A DNA stretch of 64,000 bases. Source: Octopus vulgaris (lineage: Eukaryota). The notes beneath the pieces were generated by a model. The model was not told the DNA's origin, made no database searches, and saw only the letters and a list, made by a program, of their open reading frames with translations. The stretch lies in the NCBI GenBank assembly GCA_951406725.2, contig OX597820.1:88288001-88352000 (forward strand). Reading direction: 5' to 3'. Position 1 is the stretch's first letter. Every line of letters begins with the position of its first letter. The translations under genes were made by a program, and so were the position numbers. Of this stretch, positions 1-11,920 are shown piece after piece.

Positions 1-125
1 AACGCAGGAGGTTTTATGTCTGTGTATAGTGAGAATATGGTTGTGTGTATTTTTTATCTTTTTATATATTTTTTCTACCTATTGGAGTAACTTCCCTTTT
101 ATTCAACTTTTTTATAGTATCTATC

Positions 126-196
126 GTTATAATAGCCGATGAGAATGCATCGTAGCTCTTAGATCCAGCATTTGAAACTCTGAGTCCTATTATGAC
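126..196 (+). ncRNA. Type I hammerhead-ribozyme-like motif (minimal stem III) in a (TA)n-adjacent element
   Basis: Stem I GTTATAATAG/CTATTATGAC; core CCGATGA (U4C variant of CUGANGA); stem II GAATGC/GCATTT; GAAA; palindromic stem III ACTC-T-GAGT; GTC cleavage triplet at 184-186. Confidence 0.6.
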
Positions 197-573
197 AACT
201 TACTGATTGTCCTAAACTATACATGTATATATATATATATTATATACATACATACATACATGCATACATACATACAAATATATTTGCCTATATATTTATA
301 GAGACGCAAAACGTGTGTATATGCATGTATGTATGTGTTGTAGATATTTATATACATATATAGACACGTGCAAACATACATGCGAAATAGTGCTACACTT
401 ACGTGCTACACACGGCCATGCAAATGTCTGTATAGATACAAGCATACATACAGATTCTTACAGATAGTTATTTACATACACATGCATTCATAAACGTCTC
501 TATTCGCACAGGACTAGATGATGTGTGTTCGCAAACAACACAGAGGCACAGACATGCATATATGCATACATAT

Positions 574-640
574 ACAGGTGGGCCAAAAGTCACGCACAAA
601 AGTTCACTGTGCTTCCGAATTGTCAGAGATAAGTTTCAAT
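574..640 (+). mobile_element. Tc1/mariner terminal fragment
   Basis: TA-CAGGTGGGCCAAAAGTCAC resembles the TIR start CAAGTTGTCCCAAAAGTCAC of the element at 3460-4540. Confidence 0.35.
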
Positions 641-664
641 TTTTCTATAATAATAATAATAATA

Positions 665-699
<35 letters not shown>

Positions 700-705
700 T
701 ATAAT

Positions 706-887
706 TTCTGCTATAGGCACAAGGCCTGAAATTTTGGGGGAGGTGGCTAGTAGATTGCATCAACCCCAGTGTTTCACTGCTACTTAATTTATTGACCCCG
801 AAAAAATGGAAGGCAAAGTCGACCTCGGTGGAATTTGAATTTAGAACGTAAAGACGGACGAAATACCGTTAGACATTTTCCCCGGTA
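706..887 (-). mobile_element. SINE family A copy, (TAT)n-tail variant
   Basis: Reverse complement of the family core GAGTTCAAATTCCGCCGAGGTCGACTTTGCCTTTCATCC, next to an (ATA)n run. Confidence 0.75.
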
Positions 888-1066
888 TATCATGTTAAGA
901 AAACATCTTAACAATTTGGAAATGAACAACAATTTCTCCATCGGATCAACTCGAATAATTAAGATATTTTCTTAACACGAAACCAATGATAGACTTAATA
1001 CACTAATAAAGAATCTTTATCCACCAATACAGTTTTGAGCACTGGTTCTCATTGTTCGACATTTAA

Positions 1067-1209
<143 letters not shown>

Positions 1210-1305
1210 AATAAAAATTATATATAAAGAAACAAGAACGTGAAATACACAAAGGGACGAACACAGAAAACAGACAGGTCATTCGAAGCCTTTAATCTTC
1301 AATCA

Positions 1306-1395
<90 letters not shown>

Positions 1396-1476
1396 CATAT
1401 ATACATATATTCCGTAGTATCAGCACCAAGCAATACTTAGGCATAAGCGAATTTTAGATTAGTTAAAATATGTTTG

Positions 1477-1533
<57 letters not shown>

Positions 1534-2003
1534 GTGTGAGCGACCATAAATCGATGTACTTCAGTTATGATGCACTTTAATGCTAGAATACGAAGGAGGA
1601 GACACTGCAAATTGAAAATTGTTGGAAGTTGTCAGGTTTCACAACAGTATATTATTATATTGTCAGTATATAAAAAAGAAATCAATAAAATGGAGTTTGA
1701 TTTCACTCTAATAGTAGATTCTTTGTACTGTTGTAGACAAACAAGAAACTTTTGTCGAAAACAGAAATAAGAGTACAAGAGCTTCGACTTAAAATCGAAT
1801 CAGCAGAGACTGATAAAGTATTTCGACTTGACACATTAAATGATGTTTCTATTGTGTTTGCCTAAGCAAAACATGGACAACTTTTTCCCGTGAATCGGGC
1901 CGCATGAGACATGGCTCATCACCTGGCGGGTCGCACTACTAAAAAATTGAGGGTAATTTTTGGTAGGGTGCGCCATTCAGAAAGCACTGTGACTGGTCTA
2001 AGA

Positions 2004-2605
2004 CAGTGCTCCGCAACCGTTTTCCATTTATATTCTTTTCAAACTTCGGTGGCACACCTGAACTAAAACTATATGAGTGGCTGTGTGGTAAGTAGCTTGC
2101 TTACCAACCACATAGTTCCGGGTTCAGGCGCAGGAGTGGCTGTGTGGTAAGTAGCATGTTACCAGCTTCATGGTTCCGGGTTCAGTCCCACTGCGTGGCA
2201 CCTTGGGCAAGTGTCTTCTACTATAGTCTCGGGCCGACCAAAGCCTTGTGAGTGGATTTGGTAGACGGAAACTAAAAGAAGCCCGTCGTATATATGTATA
2301 CGTAAATATATATACATGTGTGTGTGTTTGTGTGTCTGTGTTTGTCCCCTCAACATCTCTTGACAATCGATGCTGGTGTGTTTACGTCCCCGTAACTTAG
2401 CGGTACGGCAAAAGAGACTGATAGAATAAGTATTAGGCTTACGAAGAATAAGTCGTGGGGTCAATTTGCTCGACAAAAGGCGGTGCTCCAGCATGGCCAC
2501 AGTCAAATGACTGAAACAAGTAAAGAGTAAGGTTACGCTGCGGCACACTTAGCATCGTCTCGTGACACACCAGTGTGCTGCGGCACATCGGTTTGCGGAA
2601 CACTG
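2004..2605. mobile_element. hAT-type MITE interrupted by a SINE
   Basis: TIRs CAGTGCTCCGCAACCG / CGGTTTGCGGAACACTG; 8-bp TSD GTCTAAGA (1996-2003) / GTTTAAGA (2606-2613). Confidence 0.7.
2074..2530 (+). mobile_element. SINE family B with partially duplicated head, nested in the hAT MITE
   Basis: Head GGAGTGGCTGTGTGGTAAG...GGTTCAGTCCC; CACCTTGGGCAAGTGTCTT core; internal microsatellite; tail GACTGAAACAAGTAAAGAGTAA. Confidence 0.85.
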
Positions 2606-3459
2606 GTTTAAGATGATGAACTGAAGAAATTCAGTTAAGGTTTGAAACCAGCACAGTCTACAGGAAGAATGTTTGCTGGAATGCTTGCTTTAAAATGAGG
2701 TTTTGATTATTATATATTGTAGACATTTTTAGTGAAGTATTTACAAGTTGTTTATAAAAGAAACTACGAAAATAATTCGAAACGTTTGTGAATCAAATTG
2801 ATAGATTATGAACCAGTGTGTGCGTGTGTGTCTGTGTGTGTACGTGCGTGTGTGTGTATGCATATGTAGAGCGTGTGTGTAGATTTGTGTGCGAGTAAAA
2901 AACTGGTTTGGACAATCTCTTGTACCTTCTCAAAAAAGCATTAGTAGAAAATATGTGTGTTTACGTGTTTATGTGTATATACTTATATGCGTGTCTGTGT
3001 GCGCGCATGTGTGTGTGTATGTCTGTGTATGTGTGTATGTCTGTGTATGTGTGTGTGCACGCAGGTGTGATGCGTATTTAGATGAGTAGTTACCTGTGTT
3101 TGACGAATCTAAGAGAAAATACGGTGAATGAAGGATAATCGATGCATATAAGAGAGAGGGTGGGGGAGAAAGAGAGAGAAAGGGAAGAGAAAGAGAGTAA
3201 GAGAGAGAGAGAGAGACGATAGAAAGATAGAAAGAGATAAAGATAGAGTATATGCATGTATGTACGTATGTATGTGTTTGTGCATTTGCATGCTAAACAT
3301 ACACGTTTATATGTATACAAATATATACAGTATATACATATGTATATATGTGTGTATTTTGTATGAAATGTATCCATGTATGTGAATAAATATGTATGTG
3401 ATATAATGCCTATATGCACGTGTATATATGAAGCGCATGCGCGTTTGGGTACATGTATA

Positions 3460-4538
3460 CAAGTTGTCCCAAAAGTCACTATACACTTTCTTTTTTCTAT
3501 TTCGTTTCAGGTATCGTTCTGGGAGATATGAGGGTATCAACATTTGACACTGTAGACTTTGCAGTTTTTGTAAGTGTATCATTCTCTCAACCGTCGCAAA
3601 CCATACCACCAGTTTCGGAGAGTTTCGTTCATGTTCGAGAATTTCTGGGGCTTTTGATTTTCCTCAGATTCGACAAATGTGTCGGTTTACCCGACCAGAG
3701 AGATGAACGATAGCGTCATCGCTGAACCATAGGTTTTCCAAGAGCTGAGAGTCGTTTTGGTAATGATTCACACATTTCCACACACGCATCATTTTTTTTT
3801 TTTTTGCCCACAAAACATAGAGGGGACAAACAAGGACAGACAAACAGATTAAGTCGATTACATCGACCCCAGTGCGTAACTGGTACTTAATTTATCGACC
3901 TCGAAAGGATGAAAGGCACAGTCGACCTCGGCGGAATTTGAACTCAGAACGCAGCGGCGGACGAAATACCACAAAGAATTTCGCCCGGTTTGCTAACGTT
4001 TCTGCCAGCTCGCCGCCTTATTATCATTATCTTCCGCTTGAAGCCTTCGAACAACCTGAAGTCGGTACGGATAGAGCTTTATCACTCTCCGAAGCATCAA
4101 CTGAATCGAACTTTTGTTGCTGCTAAGTTCCAGTGTAGTCCTCCGGATGAACTTCCTCTGGTTTTTCGCGAACGCCTGCTTCAAGAGTTTGTTTTTTTTT
4201 CTCAAAGGTGGTAACAACAGGCCTTCCGCTGCGTGGTTTGTCAAGAATGGATCCTCCTTCGAGAAACTTGCTACGGATAGCATAAATCGTGCTACGCGTC
4301 GGAGCAGTGTGACGGTCATAAACTTTCTCAAAACTTGCGTTGAACTGTAGTAAGGAACTGAAAAACTTCTTGCCAGGCGGCACCTCTAACATCAATTGAT
4401 GAGCCATGGGCAAAGGAATGATACAATTATAAAAACTGCAATGCCTAAGGTGTCAAATACTGATGGCCTCAAGTCTCTCCAAATGATCTCTGAAGCGAAA
4501 TAGAAAAAAGAAAGTGTATAGTGACTTTTGGGACATCT

Positions 4539-4540
<2 letters not shown>
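3460..4540 (-). mobile_element. Internally deleted Tc1/mariner-superfamily transposon with ~130-bp TIRs
   Basis: TIR CAAGTTGTCCCAAAAGTCACTATACACTTTC... at both ends; TA at left; minus-strand transposase remnants (PTRSTIYAIRSKFLEGGSILDKPRSGRP; LWFSDDAIVHLSGRVNRHICRI*...ERNSPKLVVW). Confidence 0.85.
3790..4018 (-). mobile_element. SINE family A nested in the Tc1/mariner element
   Basis: Head GGCGGCGAGCTGGCAGAAACGTTAGC and family core on the minus strand. Confidence 0.85.
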
Positions 4541-4593
<53 letters not shown>

Positions 4594-4661
4594 ATATGTA
4601 TGTATATATATGTTATATATATATATATATATACACACACATACCACACATATATATATGC

Positions 4662-4747
<86 letters not shown>

Positions 4748-4878
4748 TTATATATATGGTGCTTACATATGCTTACACACTCGCGCGCACATATTTGTAT
4801 GTATGTATGTTTATATACATGTATCCAGTATGTTGCTACGTTTATGTAATGTATGTATCAATATAGAGATTTGATGTA

Positions 4879-6114
4879 CGAGGATCAGCAGAAAAGTTCA
4901 TAGGCTGACCAAGATATTCTCAAAGAATGTGACCAAAAGGGGGTTATTTTTTAACATAGTCCCCCTTGAGGTCCACACGCATTTTCCATCGGCGTTGCAG
5001 TACTTGAATTCCATTGGTGAAGAAGCTTTAATCCTGTTACTCAAAAAAATTAATCAACAGTAGATATGACGTCATCATTCCTGCGATTCTGGTTCCCAGC
5101 CAAGTGTTTTTTTCATGTTGGGGAACAGATGTTAGTCTGTTGGGGAGAATAGGTATGCTGATCAACCAGTTCAAATCCACAGTCAAGTACAGCAGCCAAT
5201 GAAACCAAGGGCTCTTACGCTGGGGCTTTGTCCTGATGAAACAAGACTCCTTTCTACAATTTTCCTTGATATTAAGTCTTGATAGCGTTTCGTAACTGTC
5301 TTAGCAAGTTGGCATGGTACTCTCCATTTATGACGTGGTGCCTTTTCAAGTCAATAAACACAATGCCCTTTGTATCCCACTAAATCTGAGGTCATCATCT
5401 TCCTGCAGATAAAACGAACTTGACCTTCTTTGGAGTAGGTGAGAAGTGTTTCCATAGCATAGATTGTCTCTTTGTCTTTGGCTCATCGTGATCAACATAA
5501 CACTCTTCCTGGCTTAGATTTCAGCTGGATCTGCCCGAAGCAATGTCAGATTTTCGCGTGATGGGATCAGCCTGACAAGCTTTTGGTCAGGTGTCAGAAA
5601 ATGTAGCAGCCACCAAGCAGAAACCTTCATCATGTCAAGTTCATTGTGTAGAATATTCTCAACTCTCTCACACCATATGTTTTTAGCATAGGCTGTTTGA
5701 TTCATAGTCAATCGCCTGTCATTCATCACCATGTGGTGAACGTGATTGATGTTTTCCTCGTTGGAAGCAGTTGCAGGACGTCCAGACCTTGGATCATCTT
5801 CAAGACTCCCTTCCTCTCCAAAATTCAGCTGCTCACTCTTGCACTGTTCATAAAGCTGGAACATCATCTCTCCTTGAGGGCTAAACCATTTTTCTGTAGG
5901 TATTTGATAACGCGACGATGCCAAAGTTTGTCTATTTTCAAAAGAAGTCGCTACTAGTTACTTCTGAAGTCTTCTTTGAACATTGAGATATCAGTTTATC
6001 TGGAAAGAAACAAAGCAGTAATTAATAAGAAGATTTGTAATAAATGCATGCACACTTCACAGCTCTAGTATGAATACTTCATAGTCAGCCTATGAACTTT
6101 TTAACCCACTCTCG
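4879..6114 (-). mobile_element. Decayed mariner element, ~1.24 kb, bounded by both TIRs
   Basis: TIRs sharing CGAG...AAAAGTTCATAGGCTGAC; TA duplication at 4877-78 and 6115-16; transposase remnant inside. Confidence 0.88.
5514..5924 (-). pseudogene. Mariner transposase remnant (HTH region)
   Basis: EDDPRSGRP...DRRLT...ILHNEL.M.KVSAWW (degenerate WVP-type motif); frame closed by stops. Confidence 0.8.
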
Positions 6115-6667
6115 TATGAACATTAAAGAATAAATTCACAGTAATTAAGAGAGTAATTAATAACAGGTCGTTAAGCCCCAACACGCTATTACATTGCAGT
6201 AACTCCAAGCGGGACTGACTTGCATGTATAAACGTAATTGGTTAAAATGATTTTTTAAAAGCAAAATATTTAACACAAAAGAAGAAAATCACATATTTCA
6301 CATATATTTTATTTGGTAATTGTATTAAACAGCTGTTTCATTAAGATAAACACCGCGAAATGTATAATTACATAATTGTGATATATCTAAATTAAATTTA
6401 GTCAAATTAATCTAAAAATAATGATTAACAAAATCAACAGGAACGTTATGCTGATATCAGAAAATCGTTACTTAGAAGAATTTAAATTCCAACTCTAGGA
6501 TTTACCTATTACAAAGAAGAAGCAACGTACACCAACACTTCATTCTGAAGAAGAGACTGTGAAGGTCTAGAAACTGATAACAGATTTAGGAAGTTTACTG
6601 CTCTAAACAAACTGCAGCTAATTCATGTGAAATATGAGAAAAATCTTGATTAAAAAGATAAATCTCC

Positions 6668-6915
6668 GTGGAGGCGCGTGGTTAAGTGGTTAGGGTGTCA
6701 CCATCATGATAGTAAGATTGTGGTTTCGATTCCTGGACCCGGCGACGCGTTGTGTTCTTGAGCAAAACACTTCATTTCACGTTGCTCCAGTCCACTCAGC
6801 TGGCAAAAATGAGTAACGCTGCGATGGACTGGCGTCCCGTCTAACTGGGGAACACATACGCCATTGAAACCGGGAAACCGGGCCTATGAGCCTGTCTAGG
6901 CTTTAAAAGGGCGCA
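6668..6915 (+). mobile_element. SINE family D (tRNA head plus CORE-like domain)
   Basis: A/B-box-like head; TGTGTTCTTGAGCAAAACACTTCATTTCACGTTGCTCCAGTCCACTCAGCTG core. Confidence 0.75.
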
Positions 6916-7738
6916 TTTATTAATTATTATTTTAAAAGATAAATCTAGAATTCAGTGGGATACTCAATACAACACACACACACACACACACACAAAGAAT
7001 GATTTTCATTCATCCCATTTCGATAAATAAAATACCGTCCTAATATTGTAGCTGATATAATGAAAAGTTCGTTCGCTTCCCAAATTTCTTACTTTGTGTT
7101 TTTCTTAGTATCAGTATTTCAAGGAAAGAAGGTACAATGATTAGCAGGATAGGTAAAACATTGGATAAAAATACTTTGCAGTATTTAGTTACGAACGTCA
7201 GAGTTCTAATCGCGAAGAATTTGCTTTCCGTCCTTCTCTTATCGACAAAATAAAATACTAGACTAGCACCGGGATCAATTTAATCGGCTCTTCTTCACTC
7301 CTCAATTTGTGATCTTTGTCGAAGTTCTAAGCCAATATAATCAGCTATGCCTTCCAACATGCCACCCCACCAAAATCATGCAGAATATGCTATTTTGTAC
7401 AATTCTTTACCGCACTCCGTATAACTGTCCCGCTTATATTATGTGGCTTTTGTGAGTCGTATTTGTAACGTGCTTCTCATAATGTTTTCTTGTAGAAGCT
7501 ATCAATACTGAAGCCCCAAAGGCAACGAGTTAACAGGATTGTTAGCACACAAACAAAACCTTTACGGCCTTTCTTCCCATCTCTTTATGTTCTAAGTTCA
7601 AATTCCACCGTGGTCATCAACTTTGCCTTTCATCCTTTCGAGGTCGATAAAGAAAGAACCAGATGAGCACTGAGCTTGATGTAATCGACTTCGACCTCTT
7701 CCCCAAAATGTGCTGGCCTTGGCCATGATTAGACAGAA

Positions 7739-7781
7739 TCATCATCATCACCACCACCACCACCACCGCCGCCGCCGCCGC

Positions 7782-7831
<50 letters not shown>

Positions 7832-7875
7832 CCACCACCACCACCACCACCACCACCACCACCACCACCACCACC

Positions 7876-7973
<98 letters not shown>
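7739..7973. repeat. Compound trinucleotide microsatellite (CAT/CAC/CGC/TAT)
   Basis: Direct reading; source of the poly-H/M/V ORFs. Confidence 0.95.
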
Positions 7974-7974
<1 letters not shown>

Positions 7975-7984
7975 TCCTTTCTAA

Positions 7985-8200
7985 AGGTGGCGAGTTGGCA
8001 GAGTTGCTAACACACCGAACAAAAATTTTTAGCGGCATTTCATCTGCCTCTACGTTCTGAGTTCAAATTCCACCGAGGTCGACTTTGCTCTTTTCTTCCC
8101 TTCGGGATCGATAACATAAGTAACAGTTTGAGCACTGGGGGGGTCGATGTAATCAATTACGTAGCACAAAATTTCAGGGCCTTGTGCCTATAGTATAGAA
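7985..8200 (+). mobile_element. SINE family A
   Basis: Family head and core. Confidence 0.75.
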
Positions 8201-9078
8201 ATGATTATTGCCGTTCTATCGTAGGTAGACAAAGGATCTGAAATTTTTTGAGGAAGGAGGCGAGACGACTATATCGATTCCTGTATACTTTAACTGGAAT
8301 GTATTTTACCGACACTGAAAAGGGGGGAGAAAGCCGAAGTCGATTTTTGGTAGCATGTGAATATGGAACACAAACAGTCATAAACAGAAGAAACGCCGCA
8401 AGCATTTTGTCTGGCGCGCTAACGAGTCTGCCAGCTCACCGCCTTTCTTCTTTCTGCCCTTGTAATTATGCTAGGAATTATCATTATTATTATTATTATT
8501 ATTATTATTTTATTTTTAGCAAGCAACCAACTATTAGATCAACAGTTGCAACGAACGTGTCTTTTTTTTGTGTGTGTGTGTGTGTGTGTGTTTTTTTGGT
8601 TTTTTTTTTTTGGTTTTTTTTTTGTTTTCCATTTTGCGATAAATATCTGAAGTATGTTTGCTGCTTGCATTAAGCTTGCACATAATGGTTCTTTATGTTT
8701 ACCAATGTTGTCCACCTTTATAGACTTTCTATTGTATGAATATTAGCATAAGTTTCAACAGACAGAATGGGTCCTATCAGACCGCTCACTTTTATGGCTG
8801 TGTGTGTGTATGTATGAGCGAAGGTGTATACGTACTTGAACGAGTATGTATATATGACTGTATATATATAATTGTATTTATGTGCGTGTGTGTGTGTGTG
8901 TATGTATGTGTGTGCGTGCGTGTGTGTCTTTTTATGTTTTCTGTATTCCTATCCTCAAACCTCTTTTCGATTTGCTTTCAGTTTTAGTGTACGTGCGGAT
9001 ACACACATTTTCTTTACGTATTCTCCTCCCTCTTTCTCTCTCTCTCTGTATAATATATATAAACAATATATACATTTG

Positions 9079-9180
<102 letters not shown>

Positions 9181-9182
9181 GT

Positions 9183-9238
<56 letters not shown>

Positions 9239-9239
9239 A

Positions 9240-9270
<31 letters not shown>

Positions 9271-9360
9271 CTATATATGTATGTTTCTGTCCGTCTATCT
9301 GTCTACTTAGCTAGCTAGATCCGTATATATGTGTGTGTGAGTGTGTCTGTGTTGGCGTGT

Positions 9361-9441
<81 letters not shown>

Positions 9442-9575
9442 TATATACACACATATATATATATACACATATATATATATATATACATATACATACATAT
9501 ATATATATATATACATATATATACATACATATATATATGTCTATATGTATATTTACATATATATATATATATTTC

Positions 9576-9781
9576 AAATGTGACCTTGTGTGTACCGTGT
9601 TGGCGAATTTTTTTACCTCCGTCTTCCCTTCTTTGGATCTTTCCTTTGTCTATGTTTCTGACGAAGAGCTCCGCTCGAAACGTTAAACCCTTCTTTCCTT
9701 CTTCCCTGAGCGTCCAATAACACTATACTTGTTCCACGTCCTCGCGTTGTGTTTTCTCTTTGTGTTTTCATGTTTGGATTA

Positions 9782-9784
<3 letters not shown>
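9576..9784 (+). mobile_element. ~210-bp (TA)n-embedded element with hammerhead motif (Penelope pLTR/retrozyme-like), family H1
   Basis: Flanked by (TA)n on both sides; homologous copies at 32861-33037, 35258-35466 (-) and 45096-45272. Confidence 0.75.
9654..9688 (+). ncRNA. Minimal type I hammerhead-ribozyme motif
   Basis: GTTT-CTGACGA-A-GAGC-TCC-GCTC-GAAACGT-T-AAAC: stem I GUUU/AAAC, stem II GAGC/GCUC, palindromic ACGU stem III. Confidence 0.7.
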
Positions 9785-9853
<69 letters not shown>

Positions 9854-9859
9854 AGAGAG

Positions 9860-9902
<43 letters not shown>

Positions 9903-10431
9903 AAGAAAGATAGATAGATAGATAGATAGTGTGTATATAGGGGCATTCACTTCGGGTGGACCAATGTTTGGTAAATGAATTTACCAAACGGAAGCCCGTC
10001 GTATGTGTGTATGTATGTATGTATGTATGTATGTATGTATGTATGGATGGATGGATGGATGTATATGTATGTATGCATGTATGTATGTATGTGTGCGTGT
10101 GTGTATGTATGTACGTGTATGAAAGTAAGTGTACATTTTTGTGTTTCTCCTTAACCCTTTGACAACCAATGTAGGTTTGGTTACGTCCCTATAACTTAGC
10201 TGTTCAATATCAAAATGAAGCTGCTTGAATAAGTACCAGACTTCAAAAATAAAAAAAAACACACAATAGACTAAAAAATTAGAAACTAAAAAAACTAGAA
10301 AAATAAAAGTTAAGGCAGTGTTCCAGCATGGCCGCAATCGAATGACAGAAACAAAAGAATAAAAAGAAATATATATATGCGTATATATATATATGTACGT
10401 ATACGCACACATACACATATATTCATATGTG

Positions 10432-10472
<41 letters not shown>

Positions 10473-11574
10473 CACACACACTCATATTCGTATGTATGTA
10501 TGTATGTATGTATGTAGATAAACATATAAATGCTTATGCGTATACGTGTCTTAGTCTTTATTGATGTGTATACCAGGTGGCATAAAAGGCATTTAATATT
10601 AATGTTTAATGATATCCTACACCTGGTGTACAAAGAACATTTATGGTTGTGTGTACACACATACATTAATACATACATGCATTCATACATACGTACGTAC
10701 ATACATATATTCATAGAAACACACATATATTCATACATACGTACATACATACATACATACACACGCACATACATACATACATACATACATACATACATAC
10801 ATACATACATACATACATACATACATACATACATACATACATACATACGTACGTACGTACAAACATACATACATAGATACATCACATACATACATCACAT
10901 ACATATATATATATATACACATACATATGTTTTGTAATTATTGAATACATATGACCATATTGAAGTGCAATCAACCGTATCAACTCCGCTTCTGCACGTG
11001 CACACAGAATATTATAATTGTACAGTATATATATTATTATATAATATCAGACACACACACAGAAACACACACACACGCACACACACACACACACACGCAC
11101 ACACATAGAGAAACACACACACATACATTCATATATACATATGTGTGCTTGCGTGTTTCTGTATGGTTGTGTGTGGTTTGTATGCTATTTAATGATAACT
11201 TATTGTGATTTTGATATCTTGTCGAAGTGAACCCTTAATTGTTTTATTGTTGGTGCCTTTGTTGTTGTTACTGTTGCTTATTTTGTTGTTGTTGTTGTTG
11301 TTGTTGTTAGAAACTAAACCTGGACCATCGCTTTAAAAATCATTGAGCACTTATTATTTAATCTATTATCGGGCAGATGCGCTCCGGTTGACATCACACC
11401 AGGTTCACAGTTTGTGGTCCGTTCTCCATGGGAGAAATCGATACGAATTAAGGCATCGGAGCAGAAATCAATACAAATTAAGACAACAGGTATGGAACAG
11501 CAAAATCTATTGAGACCTGCATTAAACACGAGTTCGTGCTGTCCCTTTGAGTTCTTATAATCTTTTATTCTTTG

Positions 11575-11920
11575 ACATGTTGGTCCATGCTGGGCTAACA
11601 CCTTGAAGAGTTTAGTCGGACAGATCGATACCAGTACATATTTTTGTGTCTGGTACATATTCTACGGGTCTCTTTACACGGACGTAAACAAAACAATACC
11701 GGCTGTCAAACGGTTGTGAAGAACAAACGCAACATAAACACAAACACACATACACACACACATACATATACGATGGGCTTCTTTCAGTTTCCATCTACTA
11801 AATCCGCTCACGATGTATTACTCAGCTCTGGACTATAGTCTCATTGCGTGGCAGAGGGACTGAACCCCAAATCATATAGTTGGGAAACAAGCTTCATAAC
11901 CACGCAGTCGCGCCTGTGCC
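11575..11920 (-). mobile_element. Degenerate SINE family B
   Basis: GGGCTTCTTTCAGTTTCC...GGGACTGAACCC segments. Confidence 0.6.

Noticed and set aside
2124-2548. Recurrent ORFs such as RASFSFRLPNPLTR... and YRPRKDERQSRPRRNLNSE...
   Set aside because: Chance frames through SINE families B and A; their recurrence reflects SINE copy number
10572-10631. Short inverted ends ACCAGGTG/CACCTGGT
   Set aside because: Only 8 bp with no second copy in the window; insufficient for a MITE call
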